Source of the DNA: the human T2T-CHM13v2.0 reference genome, Homo sapiens
NCBI RefSeq assembly: GCF_009914755.1
Contig: NC_060934.1
Strand: one strand, 5' to 3'
Length of the DNA: 64,000 nucleotides
Shown: piece by piece, positions 15,496 to 30,669 of the stretch
Numbering within the stretch: the first letter of the stretch is position 1
Layout: each line of letters opens with the position of its first letter
The notes under the pieces: model-generated
Databases searched by the model: none
Seen by the model: the letters and a program-made list of their open reading frames with translations, nothing else
What the model was told of the DNA's origin: nothing
Program-made: the position numbers and the translations under genes

Positions 15496-15929
15496 TTCGA
15501 TAATTCAGTCACAGCTGGGCTGAAGTTTATCTCCGTACTGTCAATGAAATAAAGGGCTGGCTAAGCAAATTAATACTGTAAACATAGAGAATTTGGCCTA
15601 CTTTATGTGAAAATCAACACACTATTTTAAGCAGCACTTCCGTGCCTAGTTCCATTCAAACAATCGATGTGCTGATTGTGATTATTGTCTGTTTGTTAAA
15701 GCATTAACCAGATTCACTAAGATTACCACGTTCAACAGCCCCGTTGTTACTCTATGTGTATAACCATATTTCTGCTATTACCCTTCTCATATATTTCAAA
15801 AATAAAAAAAAATAAAAAACGAGACCTTGTACAACTAACTCAACATACACACAAGCTTTTCCCTTCCTTTGAAACAACAATCACACTTTTGGAAGAGTCA
15901 GAGCAATTTTGTTTCGTCCCCCTTATCAG

Positions 15930-16522
15930 TGTGGGGACAAAGGGAACTTTCCTTACACCCGCTGAAGGTTCAGCCTCTGGAATAAACTAGACAGGAGAAA
16001 AGACGTACAAATTTATTACATTCATATTCACAGAGTCTGACAAAATAAGAGATTCAAAGAAAGGCCAGATTGGTTGAATCTTAAATAGAATTTTGAACTA
16101 CAGGAATAAATAGGAGCTTGAAGGCTCCTGCAGAGAAACTATGAGAAGGTGAGGGGAGGAACTGCACTGTGAACAAAGGTTGTCTTTTTGGGTGGATACA
16201 GCTTTTTAGGCAGCAGTCCTCAGAAGAACAGGATCCATGGACCTTTGGTCTCCTTTCCAGTGAGCTAATCTTTTGATTGATATTATAGGGAGGGGGCTCA
16301 AGACAACTGCATTCCTTCTGCAGAAAAAACTTCCCTTACTTAGATAAGGGAACTTCAGAGAAAGTCCCTCCTGTGTTTCAGGAGGGAAGGGTAGAGTGCC
16401 GGAGAAGGTCAGAAAGACCTTGATTTTGAGGCTATTTCTGAAGCCTTTCAATATCCTTTATTTCAGAGTACTCAGTGTGCTGAAGCAGTACATTTGGGGG
16501 TATCATTTTCTGAGTTCCAACA
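15930..16522 (-). mobile_element. ERV1 solo LTR (MER34/MER39 group)
   Basis: Minus strand starts TGTTGGAACTCAGAAAATGATACCCC and ends TCCCCACA. 4-bp TSD TCAG at 15926-15929 and 16523-16526. Confidence 0.85.
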
Positions 16523-17301
16523 TCAGGTACAGAAGATGTTTTTACAGGAGTTAGAAACCCAGGCTGCTGGAAGGCCTTTGTGGGAAGAACCCACAATTCA
16601 GCCTCATTGCATTTCTTACTTTCTTCCCTTGTGTCTGTTTCACCAGCCTTGGTGCATGTATGTAACTGCTGGCACTTGGAGACAACTGTTGCAGTTTTCT
16701 AACATTCACAACTTTAGAAATGTGCCAACCAAAAACAAATCTAGCTGTATCCGTGAAATGAATGGAAGTCCAACAGATCCCCAGCTTTCAACTTTAGATT
16801 TTCTTCTGTCTTTTCTGTCTGTCTAACAAACATAAATAGCTTACTCAAGCAGTCCTTTACACTGTGTCAAAAGACTGCTGAACGAAGAAAACATATGCAG
16901 AACTATAGCTTCCAACAAACTTTGCCACAAATTGCTGACATTTCTGTGTGAGTCAGAATTCTCTCCCTATGCACTGCTACTGTTGCTATTATTACTACTA
17001 GTAGTAGTAGCAGTGCTAGTAGTAGTGGTGACAATAAAGGAGTCAGAGGGTCTTCCTGGCCCTGGGAAAAGTAACTGGCATACTTTCACTCTAATAGGTT
17101 GGGGACCAGGGGGAGTTAGAAACTGATGTCAGGAAGGAAAAAAGGAATTATGTGGCCACAATTAATTCCATGAAGAAGTAACTACCATTTTACTGCAAAT
17201 ATTTCACAACTTTTTAAACTTTACGCTTTTAACTCCTACTGACCAGCCTCCCTTCTTTCTACCTCTAACTAAAGTGAATAATTTAAGATTTACATTCCAT
17301 C

Positions 17302-17675
<374 letters not shown>

Positions 17676-18174
17676 TCAGCAGAGGAAAAGTCATTATCGT
17701 TCCAGATACACTATAGGGAACCCGGAAGGATTTTAATGGGAGTACAACAATCAAATGCATCTTTCAAAAACTTAACTCTCGTTGCTCAGATGATGTCCTG
17801 GGCCCTTAGTTGAGTGGCCATGGCTTTGCCTGTGATAAGAAACACACAAGGAAGAGATTTGGAAAGGAGAAAAAGGTGCTGTGGGAATGACACTCATGCT
17901 TTTCTGCAGGTAAATATGTACAAATACATCTTTCCCATAAACTCCATGTGGGTGAGGATCTGTCCTGTCTGAACACAGGGCCTAACACATAATAGGAGCT
18001 TCCTAAATGTTTTTCAAATTTGAAATTTAATTCAAATAATCAAAAGGGGACTGTGGGAAAGAACAAATACATGGGTAATTATTCGTTATGGTAAATAATT
18101 TATTATGGTAAGATCATTAGTTTCTTTTAATGATTTTATGTCCTTTCTAAAACAATTGGAAAATTATTTGCATT

Positions 18175-18302
18175 ATTCACATATGTGCCTCTCTCCCCTA
18201 TTGAAATATGAAGTCCAGAAGGCTGAAGACTATATTTACTTTCCCAGATGGCACTGAGCACAGTGCTTTGCACATAGTACATGCAAAATTAAATGCACTG
18301 AA
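18175..18302 (+). mobile_element. L2 3' end
   Basis: GCACAGTGCTTTGCACATAGTA motif. Confidence 0.55.
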
Positions 18303-19429
18303 GTATAAAAATGGCTGATATCCTCTTCTCATTAAGCATTAAAGAGGCAAAAGTATCATACACATAGATCAGAATTCCCCTCAACAAAGAAAAAATATAC
18401 CCAGACAATTATGTCACCAAACGTAACTTTAATTGTATCAAATAAACACAAGTTGCTGGAAAAATCATGAAAGGGCATTGATCAAACTATCCTCCTTAAC
18501 CAGCACCTGCCAATCCAGAAGGGTGCTCCTTATAGAAGCTCTGATATAGAATATACATTGGAAGTTTCCTAATGGCTCCAGCTATCAGTGTATCTGATTA
18601 ACACCGTATTGTCCAGAAAGCAATTACGTCCAAGCATTATTCTCTACAATTTTGTAGAAGAAAGAGAATATTATAATGAAACGACATATATTAAATACCC
18701 AGTAAAGTGCCTGGCCAGTAGGAGACCCACAATACCAGACAGCCATTGTTGGGTTTATGTTTCTTTTTTAAAGTATTATTAAAATCACATGTCCTTTCAT
18801 AAAATAATCCCAGGTGATTTCTAGAATCAAAAGCCAGAAGACAGATTAGAGAAGCTACTAAAAGCAAAGAGGGAAGAAAATACAGATATTACATATGGTT
18901 GTTATAGCAACTGAAAGCAGCCCCTGATCTCTCTCTCATTCTTTCCCACCTCTTGCTATGATCCTGTTTTCAAATAAATAACCTCTGGTTTTTCTTTTAA
19001 ATTGTCCATCAAGATGAAAGGAAAAGGTGGCCCTTGTTTAGTAGTAAAGAGTGCAGTTGTAGAAAAAAAAAATTGGGGAAGAAAAAAAGGATGAAAAGAA
19101 AAGATAACTTAAAATCAAGGAGGCAACATTGAGAAATCCATTTACGCAAAACTTAGGAGGACGTTTTTCACCAAAGACTTTTCACAGGAGTGACTCTGGA
19201 ACCCATATGCAGGGGAGAGGACAAAAGTCCTGGCTTTCTTCATACAAGTGACCTTCTGAAATCCTAAAAACCAAAAAGAATGAGAGAACGGAGCTCAAAC
19301 AATAAGTCTTTACTTTCCTGAGCCAAGTTATGGGTTCCACATAGCCTACAACAAAAACACAATGCATCATGTTCAGATTGCATAGCCATCAAAGCTTGAA
19401 AACAGTGGGTTTGCTGCAGTAGTAAAGGG

Positions 19430-19745
19430 TCTTGGAGACCTCAGAGTTTCAGTGCAGAAAAAAAACAAGGCTTAGAGAGGGAAAATGACTTGTCCAAAGT
19501 CACAACTGGTAAGTGAGAGGCCGAATTAACAATAATATCCAACACTTGCAAAGTGCTTAGGTACAGCAGATGCTGTTTTAACTGCCTCACATATATCATT
19601 TGATCTTCATAACCACATTGATTATTAAGTCCAGGTTAAATATGAGAATGGAGGCACAGGGAGGTGAAACATCATGGCCAAGATCACCCAGCTAGTAAGC
19701 AGGAGTACCAGGTTTCAAGCACACGCTATGTGATCTCCGGTTTCA
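19430..19745 (-). mobile_element. two adjacent MIR fragments
   Basis: GGCTTAGAGAGG...GACTTGTCCAAAGTCACA and GAGGCACAGGGAGGTGAA...CCAAGATCACCCAGCTAGTAAG. Confidence 0.7.
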
Positions 19746-20503
19746 CATTCATAGCTAATTCGGTCTACACTGACAGCCTCCCTGCACTCCACCAGAACTC
19801 CCCTCCGTCCCCTGCTTCCTTTTGCAAATTTGAGAGGACCAGTCAGCTCCACCTAACTCTATCTGGGAACAAATTCCCCTCAAATCACTCTATCTTCTAC
19901 AGATGTAAGGCCACAGTCTAGCCCCTACTCTAGATAAAATCTTGTCCAGTGTTCCATTTTGGAAAGGAAATGTTTCACCAACAGAAGAATCTGGGGCTCT
20001 GTGGTCGTAAGGCTCCCCATGGGCCCTTTAACTCTTGGTTCCCATAAGGGTATCCCTTAATGTAGCTACCAGCCTGCTGACACAGCCATCATTCCTCCAG
20101 CCTGGAAGCCAGGCACTAGAGAATGCTGAGAAGTAGGAATGGCAGAGGATGAAGCCAACCTTGGGTGTTATGTAGGCACTGGATGACACAGGTGCCAGAG
20201 CATTCCGAGGCCAACTGTACTGATCCTACTGGGTCCCAGTCTTTTTTGACCTAGAGGAACACTTTAATCTAATCTCATCCTGTCCTGGATGTCAGCATAT
20301 AGTATACCATTCTTTCTGACCAGACTCTGCATCCTCCATCCCCGACAACTCAAATTTCAACTCCCTGAATTTATTTTTACTGCCCTGCCAGACTAGCCTA
20401 CATCCCCTCCATATGTACTAGAATGTATCAAAAGTTCTGCAATAGTGTCAGTTACAAGAATATTCATAGCAAAAATATCTGTCCCAAAACTGAAAACTAC
20501 TCA

Positions 20504-20857
<354 letters not shown>

Positions 20858-22744
20858 CTACTCAATTCCAAGTTCCATGAAGGCAGAAGCCATGTGTATT
20901 CTGTTCATTACAGGATCTCTGACACCTATTACGTTCCTGAAATATAATAAGCCTTCTATATGTGTTAAATGAGTTATTGAGTGGAAAAATTTCCATTATT
21001 ATCACAATAATCACAGCCAAAATAATTTCTCTTATATTTTCATTTCTGCAAATGGTATGGTGACTAGCACATAATAGGTGGTCAATTAATTTTTTTTTAA
21101 ATAAAAGAATGAATCCTCTATCTCCTAAATGATCTCTCCACCCCTTAAATCCTTTCTGAATTTCATGACTAACCATTCTTATTTTCATGTGACTTTCCTT
21201 AGTTCATTCTTTACTTAAAATATTTACTGGCTCCCCACCTGTACATAAGAGAAAGACAATACTTGGTGACTAGGATCTGAACTATCTTTGCAGATTCGTT
21301 GTTTATTATTCTTTACGAGGATCTATCTGTCCAAAGAGAATGTGTTTTCTTACTGCATCCTTTTCATACACAGTTTTTCCCCTCCTATTTTTCCTTGCTT
21401 GCTCCAACCCTCAGTAATCCTACCTTCCAGTAAACTGTGCCCAGGGTTGATGGTCTACACCACTCATCAATCTTTTACCCATTCTTCGTTTAAGATAGGC
21501 AGACAGAGACATCAGTTCACATTTACATTTTATTTCTCATGTAGATTATTCACACTTTGAGGACAAAATATCTTCTTTCAGGCTTAGAAATTATTTTTAA
21601 GAGTAAAGATTTTCAAGGCAATTTAATTGTTCATAAGTGCACTTCATGTGTAGAGTACATCTTAAAATTTTAGGAGATTTCTCACTGAAGCCAAATAACA
21701 TATTTTGAGGAAAAAAATGTATGTGCCAGGCCCCTGGGTAAGTGAAGCCTCAGTGCCTCTACGCGGTCCATACTTTCCGCTGTCCCTCACTGCAGACTGA
21801 CCCCCACGAGCAGGCTGGAACAAATGTTCGTTGCTTCAAGATATTTCATCCCAGGGACAAACATATTCCTTTCCTAGACTTTTCACTCTTTTCCTCTTCT
21901 CTAGCCACGTAAGATGGAGTTTTGTGTGAGAAATTCCTCTGGTGCCAACCAAATGAGGGTAAACAAAATCCATCTCCCCTGGCAAAGTTTCTCCAATCTA
22001 ATTTGTGTAATTACCTATCTCCCTAATGATGTGCTTGTTTACAGATTAAAGCTATGAATCTAAGCATGAAAATAAGATTAAATCTGATGAATTAAATTCC
22101 CATTTGCTTAAATCTTCTGGATATTCTTTCTTTAAAAAGAAATTGCAGGTAGAAAAGAGGATAAGTCACTAGTCTTGGAAAGCCAGAAACACACTTTTTA
22201 AAAACTGGAACCAAGCTAGTAATAGGCAGAGTTGTGCACTTAGTTTTAGCCATGTTGATATAAGATTGGCTTATTTGGAAACTCTGAAGAAAAAAAAAGT
22301 CAAGACAAAATGCAATTTCTATTACTATTTATCTATCTAAAAGCTTTCTAAATGAAATAAAGACACTGCCACCTAGACCCTGTGATCTGGTCCTGCAATC
22401 AATTGGTGACTGCAGTGAGCTCCTAGCAAATTCTAGGGGATGCCAGAGAGATTGGGAAGAGAGAGAGGGAGAGAAAGAGAAAAGGAAAGACAGAGGGGAA
22501 AAAACAGACAGCAGATTCTCAAAGGTATAGTCAGGCCCTGACACATATACACAATCAGTAGAGATTGGTGAAGCCCAAATACATGACGCAGTTTCATCAC
22601 CAAATGGCTGCTATGATGCTCTCCATATGCCAAACCATATCATCTAGTCTTTTGGCAAGCTCTTCACTGAACTATTTATAGTGATTGCAGTCCTTTCCGA
22701 AAAACCTGGAATGACCAACACATGATATTAATAACCCAGACATG

Positions 22745-22960
22745 GCTAATAACTGGATCATATTCAGCAGCTCCATGCACCTGGCCAAACACTAAGTGCT
22801 TCACGTATGTCCTCACCACACTCCTATGGGGTTGCTAGCATCAGTCCCGTTTTGCCTTTGGTGAAATTGAGATGTAGAGTGTTTAAGTAATTTCTTTGAA
22901 GTCACCTGGCTAGCAAAAAGTGGAGAAAACTCAAACCCAGGTTCATGGGCCTCCAGTGAT
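22745..22960 (-). mobile_element. MIR
   Basis: GAAATTGAGATGTAGAGTGTTTAAGTAATTT...GTCACCTGGCTAG. Confidence 0.65.
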
Positions 22961-23699
22961 TATCTAAAGCATGATATTCCACTCCTTCATCAGGGCAAAG
23001 CTAACACTGCAACAGCATTCAAATTAAATCCAGTAATAAAATAATCTCCATCTTGACCTCACAGCCAGTCATGTTTTTCTGTTATCTACCATTCAAAAAG
23101 AAAATACATGTATATTTATGTTTATGTGAACACACATTAAATATCTCAAGTTTCAGCCACCAAACTTTCCTTGCAGAATCTATGAAGTTGAGTTTACCAC
23201 AACATCACAATAATTCTTACATACTGATTCCAGCAATACAGGGCTTCAAAGACTTCTAGAAGTATGCTATGTTAAAAGTTGTTAAAATTCAAACTTCTAA
23301 TTTCATGACATGTGCAGTTTTATTGTCAGCAATAATTCCACAATATCATTTTTGTGGTTTGCTTCTTTGTGGCTGACTTGTAAATGTTGAGTTTTCAAAC
23401 AAATGAACAAACATTTGTTCTTATTGGCCCATGTTGTCACAGACTGAGCTAAAATTCCACGTTTACTGTGAATGCCTATAATGTTTTTTAAGTGAAATGC
23501 ATTCTACAACCTGCCTTTAGTAGAAAATTCTTACATTATGAAGGCCAGCTGTCTTACCAACCATTGTGATAAAATAGCTAATATTATGTATATATATTCT
23601 TGTATATACCTATACATAGTCCCATAAGAAATTGCTTTCAAGACATCTATAGCTCTATTGTCTCAAGACATCATTCGATATCCCAACATATAACACACA

Positions 23700-23900
23700 T
23701 GGTAATTCTGGCTGAGCATTGGACAAAATGCTTTACATGCATGATCTCTTGTAATACTCAAGTTAACCCTGTTAGTGGTCACAATATTAGTTTCATTTTA
23801 TGAATGATGAAATGATCTTGGAAAAATTAAATGACCAGTCCAATATTTCCCGACTGGTAAACGGCAGAACCAGGAATTCAAACCCAGTCTTCAACTACCA
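23700..23900 (-). mobile_element. MIR
   Basis: TGCTTTACATGCATGATCTC...GGCAGAACCAGGAATTCAAACCCAG. Confidence 0.7.
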
Positions 23901-26047
23901 CATTACACTGACAGTGTTTTGAACCCTTTATGAAAAGCAAGGGCATCCACACTCTGAAGTCCTTCACAGCATATTTAGTTCAGTCTCTACAGTCCTCAGA
24001 TTTCTCATCTGTAAAATGAGGACACTGGAGAAGATGACCTCAGAGATCTTTCTTCTTCGTAAGCGACCCATGTTAACTACACTCAGTTACCAAAATCAGA
24101 CTGGTGGAAAAGCAAGGAATGAAAGGTGTCTGGCAAAAACCCATGTGCACTCAAGTAGAGTTCATAAGATTCTGGACTAAGCAACCCCCTGGGCTAAGTT
24201 TTATCTTGGCTACTTTTGTAGAGAGGAACTCAATGGAGGGGAGGGGCACACACACATTATTTAATACTGAAACAAATTAAAATTATTATTGTCTCCTCCA
24301 TCTAATAACATAAACTTCAGCATTTCCTTCCAGAGCCTATTGTTAACATTGTTCATATTCTCCAAGCTGAGGAAGTATGCAGTGAGCCCAATGGGGATTA
24401 TTGGACTATTTTTCAAAAAGGTAGTAGTTATGTAACACAGACTTGCTCTGGGGCAGTGCTCAGATCACTGGCTCAAAATTGTTCCTGGCTCATTATCATG
24501 TAATAAAAAGAAGTTATTATTACTGTTCCTAGTCTGTGTGTATGCAGAAGTCCCACGCAGAGTGCAGTGGTAACGGGCATGGGGCAGAGGAATCCCTTGG
24601 GTTTCCAGTTAAGGCCCTAATTGGGTCTATTTTAAAGGCTGCCTGTAACAAGGAGGAGTTTGTGCCTTTGATCATGACTCCCTAGATGCCTGGCTTCCTG
24701 TTGCACTCAGGAGCTTCCCCCAGCACAGTCCCAGCAGTATGTCCTGCACACAGGGAACTATGCTGAGGCAGCAGAGTGATTTTCTGTCTGTGGCACCATC
24801 CCTTCACTTCACTGAATATTGCACAATCAAAAACACCAGCATTCACCTTCTTGTAAAATAGTCTAATTCCTTCTCCTAGACTTGCAGTGCTATGGGAAAG
24901 CAGTTCTTGGCAATTTAAAACACACCTGAATCTCCTTCATTCTAAGGAGTGGGAAGATAAAGTGGAGGAGGAAAAGAGATTGGGGCACCTTGAATTATCC
25001 TCCCCAAGCAATTTAATCACTTTAATCTCCCATGGCTTTCCTATTCAATTCTAGGGAAATGGACCCTGGCTTGGCCCTCTTATTTGCTACTTCCCAGGGG
25101 CCATTCTCCATTTACTTGTGGTTTCCAAGTGCAGCCTTTGGCAGAGGTTTGCGAGGAGGAAATGATATTAAAATGTGTGCCCAGGAGATGCAGATTCTAG
25201 CAGAGTTCCTACTAGTGACTGATTTTTACAAACGCCAGCTTGTGGTGGGGAGCTTGGATTTTGTGGCACAGAGAACCCGCGCTGCAAGAAGCAGCTAAAA
25301 CCACAAGTGTTCTTCTTCCCTAAGTGTTCAACTACACTCCAAAATGTTTTAAATCCTCTTCGTTAAATGACACTTCTCAAGTACTAGTGTGAGAAAGGCA
25401 CTGTGTTAGGCATAGTGATGAAGAAAGTAAATGTCCTCTATTCCTTAAAGCTACTTAGTATTCACTTTGAGTATTTATTAAACATCACACTCAGAAGATT
25501 TATCCACAGTCTAAATTTATATATTTTATTTGTGCACTGGTCTATATTAAAATGTCTTAGTATGGCTCAAATGCATACTTTCTATTCCTAGAAATCCCTC
25601 TCAATCATTAGTACTTCAGTCTAATGTCCAGTTTCACCTGCGGTTCTTCTCCCAGCTCTTCTTCAATGCCATCATCACTAGATCATAGGTAGGGTGACAC
25701 TGACAGGGTTATGGAACAGATAAGGCCTTGGTTATTGTCCAGTCTGGCATTCTCATTTTGAAATGAAGGAAATAAGCCAGAGAACTAAAATTACTATCAT
25801 TAAATACACAGGAAATTTGTGGTGGAACTGGGGCCAAGACCAACGTGTCCTGACTCCTAGCACAGGCCTCCCTGTATGTAGTTTCTAAAATTGCTAAGGT
25901 CACATATGTTATACCTCCAGAAGCAAAGGATGAAGTAGTATATAACAGACAAAGGATATCACATCACTCTTGATCATACACATTTTGTGACAGACTGTGT
26001 GCACTGGCCCTGCCCTCTATAGTGTTATCTTGAGAAAGTAGGTGTAA

Positions 26048-26875
<828 letters not shown>

Positions 26876-29604
26876 CCAAACTCTTTCAATCTAGTTTGCA
26901 AGGCCCTTTTTCGTAAGATGCCAGTTTTTCTCTCCAGCCTCATCTCCCATCCCATCTTCCGCTCTGTATTCTCCCTTCCTTTCATGGGCTGTTCCCTTTT
27001 GTGCTCTGAGGGGCCACACATGCTTATCCTTCCCCTTAGAGCTTGCTTGTCTCATGTTTTCATCTGGAAAATCCTATTTATCTTTTATATTTGCCAGAAA
27101 CATCATATGTGATATCTTCTTCAAAACCTTTGCTGATACCCTCACCTTACTCCACTCCCATTTGGCTAGATTCTCCTCCTTTGCACATACCAAATTATAT
27201 TTCAACTATTTAATTCTCCCCTTAGACTTTGAACTACTTGAGAGGAGGACTATTTCTGTGTTCTTAGCCCTACCAGAAAGTTAAGCACATGATAGGGTTA
27301 ATAATACTAAAACAAAGATGAAGAATTAGTAAACAAAACTCAAAACTGTTGGGCACATGCATCCATATTTTTAACTATTACCCTTTCCTTCCTCCTGTAA
27401 CTCTTTGCTGACCACAGATGATGTGCCTGATATCAAAATGGTCAGCCACAGAGCTAGGCACACAACTCTCACATCTCATCATATACAAGGCATATCCCTG
27501 TGGAACACCACCTGGGTTTAAAGAAAGAGCATGACTCTGCAGCTAGCTGGCCTCTGCCAAACAAACAAGAGCCCATGGCCTTGCCATATTGGGCACTCCG
27601 TAGTGAGCAGCTGAACCCCAGCTGAAGAGCCAGGTTCAGCACTGTCTCATAGGGAACAGCTCCACCTGCTGAACTCCTTGACATTCCTCTCCCCCTTCGG
27701 CACAGCTTTGCTAGAACCTATCAATATAAGAGTGGTCACAATTTTGAGAAATGACAGCATCACGATAGAGACAGAGAGACATTTTGCATTCCGTCACTTG
27801 CCTGCATTTTTTACAGGATTATAAGGGTATATGTGTGACAAATATCCACATCACGCTGTTAAAAAGGGGAAAAAAAAGAATAGTTACGTCAATATACCAA
27901 GGCTTTCTACAGTGTCTCTTTTAAAGAATTAAGCCATCAGGATGCATGGTGCTATTTAATCTATCTCCCTCTTCAACAAGGTGGCAATAATCTCTATCTT
28001 CCAGTGGATGCAGGGGGAGGTGTAAAAGCATTTATATTTCTCTGCTTATGTCCATCAGCAAACAACGTGATAAACACCAATGTGGGTGGTAGTGGGAGAT
28101 GAGATGGGGCAAGCAATGAATAAAGCAGAGTGTTTGGTAGGAAAGTCTTGGGCAAACATATTTGGCATTTCCTGATGGTACAAGTTTGTTAAACTACCAG
28201 GAATTCTAGAAAAAGCGAATGTGACTGAATTAAATGACCAAAAGAAGAAAATGAGGAGCCTGGAGAAAGGCCAGAAGACCAGCAACTTCTGGGAAGGAAA
28301 CATTTCGTCAGTCATCCCAGACTGGCAGATTACAAAAATGGTTTTGTCTAAAAGATGCAAAAACCATTTATTATCCTGGTTTTCTTTCTTGATGGTGGTC
28401 CAAATACTGCATTTTAAGAAAGTCTGTCCTACTCTAAATCACTGTGCAGGAAAATTTACCCACGTGCACCAAGTGTTTTAAGAAAGAAATAAAATAGAAT
28501 TATAAACTCATGATTTTGAAAACAATTGAGCATAAATAAAATTTAAGCAGGTCTAAAAATAATAAAGTCCATTAAAAATACAAACAAGTTGGCTACAGGG
28601 AAGTTTTAATAATAAATCAAGGTCAGACAATTCAAATTTTGTTCCAATTGAATTCAGGCAACTTAAATGTTAGGGTGAAATACAGCAAGTTAGCAAGTGC
28701 ACACACACAATCTAACTAAAACAGTTTCTGATTTGGGAGAAAAGAGGACAACTTTTAAATAGAGAGAAGCATTTTCCAGGTGAGAGAAGAAATTATTATA
28801 AAAAGAAAGGAGCCCAAATTATTTGCAAAATGACTATCATTTTAGCTCTATTTTTAAGTCAGTGCCTTATTTCACTATTACTGAACTTTACACAATTTCA
28901 TCATTTTGTCATGTACACATAAATTTTTTGTTTAATCATACCACTGGGGCAAGCATCCTGGTTTTCACAGGGAAGTAGCTCCACAGTTTTATTGCATCCT
29001 TATATAACAGAATTTGCCTCAAAATTTGAAGACAAAGCAGAGACACTGAATGAGATTATCCAGTTTCAGGTATAAGTATAGCTTATGATATAGATGTAGA
29101 AGCAGAAGCAGATACATGTGTGTCTGTATAAATGTCCATCACATACACCCACACACACAAATACAACTCACCAATGTCCATGATAAGGAGAATCCTAAGC
29201 GTTTGTCTCTTTAGATACAGATTTCTGTAAATGCATTTTTTACGGTATTTAAACCATGACAACCAGCACTCCACCTATTGCCTAAAAATGTTCATCTGAT
29301 TTCAAAAAATGTTTCCTCTAAATGTTTTCAATTAACTCCTAACGAATGAGTTAGCTTTGGGGGTTTTGAAAAGTCTACTTCCCGAAAAGAATCCTGGATC
29401 ATAACGTCTCAAAGACTACAGAACGTGAGTGGATGCCCCATGCTCTTAGCTTATGGAGGATCGAGGCTATGACTGGTTTTCATCATGAATAAATCCCCAG
29501 CACCTGCTGTATGTCAGGTATACACCAGGTATCCAATTAACAATCACTAAATACAGGAAAAACTTGAGGCTACTTGAAGATGATATGTCATAGCGTCCTA
29601 AACG

Positions 29605-29955
29605 CAGTAGAATATAGTGGTTAAGAGCTGAGCTTTTCAGACCCCAACTGCATGGGGTCTAAACTGTCTGGTGTTTTTAGACCCCAACTTCACAACTCCC
29701 AATTCTACCATCTGCTTTCTATGTGACCTTGGGTGAGTTACTTAACCTCTCACCCTAGGTTAAGTAGCTTAACTAGACTTTAATTTAGAGAATAATGATT
29801 GTGACTACTTCCTATTGTACTGGGAATAGTACAATTCCTTGTACTCATGTCTAGCGAATAATAACAGTACCTACTTCCTATTGTTGCAGATATGTGTTTC
29901 CCCTCAAATAGTGCCTGGCACATAGTAAAAACCCAGTAAGTATTAGTTATTATTA
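29605..29955 (+). mobile_element. MIR with internal templated insertions
   Basis: TAGTGGTTAAGAGC...TGTGACCTTGGGTGAGTTACTTAACCTCT...ATAATAACAGTACCTAC...GTGCCTGGCACATAGTAA. Confidence 0.85.
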
Positions 29956-30432
29956 TATTAACTATCACCCAACCCCTAAGTCCTTACCTACATTTAATTG
30001 AAATTCTATCATACCCCAACTTAATTGATAACCCCAGCAACTCTCAATTTACCCCTTCAGGTAAATGTGCCTGAAAGAAAACGTAAGTTTAACCTACAAT
30101 TCTTTTTCTTATTGGCACAGTGCTCTTAGGTCAGTCCATTATCACAAATGCAATTTTATCCTTCTCATAATGCAATATGTCCTCGTCATTTTTCAAACGT
30201 TCTTGCCCTGCTGAGACTTTGCAACATGGGCGCTGGTTCTCAGTTCAGCTCCTTAAATGAAGAGCAGGAAGCTATTTTCTCCCTCAGGCCTTTGGCAGTG
30301 CTAGCCCTGACTAGACAGCCATCAGCCCATCCTATCCACTGGAGCAGCATGCTTTATCAAAGTGCACCCCTACCCTCCCTGCCACAAGGGAGCTGTTGCC
30401 TCCAATGCATCTGATTTGATCTGAATCTACGC

Positions 30433-30490
30433 TTCTTTCTCTCTCTCTCTGTCTCTCTGTCTCTCTTTCTCTCTCCCCTCTCTCTTCCTG
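30433..30490 (+). repeat. (CT)n-rich microsatellite
   Basis: Read directly. Confidence 0.8.
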
Positions 30491-30669
30491 TGTCTCATTT
30501 TTGGCCACTTTTGTAGAACAATTTGGATGAGACAACTCAGACAGATTATACTTCAAGAATCAGGATAGTGAAAACTATCCAGGCAGACTTTCTTTATGGT
30601 ATATCAATGCTGACCATTTATCTTCTATACCAAGAGAGGTAAATAAAAAGATTCTATATTGCTTTAGTG

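Noticed and set aside
22084-22130. CTGATGA as a hammerhead ribozyme core (also at other sites)
   Set aside because: No stem II followed by GAAA and no flanking helices at the instances I inspected.
22531-22600. Box C (GTGATGA) ... CTGA ... CTGA on the SORCS1 strand at snoRNA-like spacing
   Set aside because: No terminal stem, no convincing C' box and no rRNA/snRNA guide that I recognise. Expected by chance in 47 kb.
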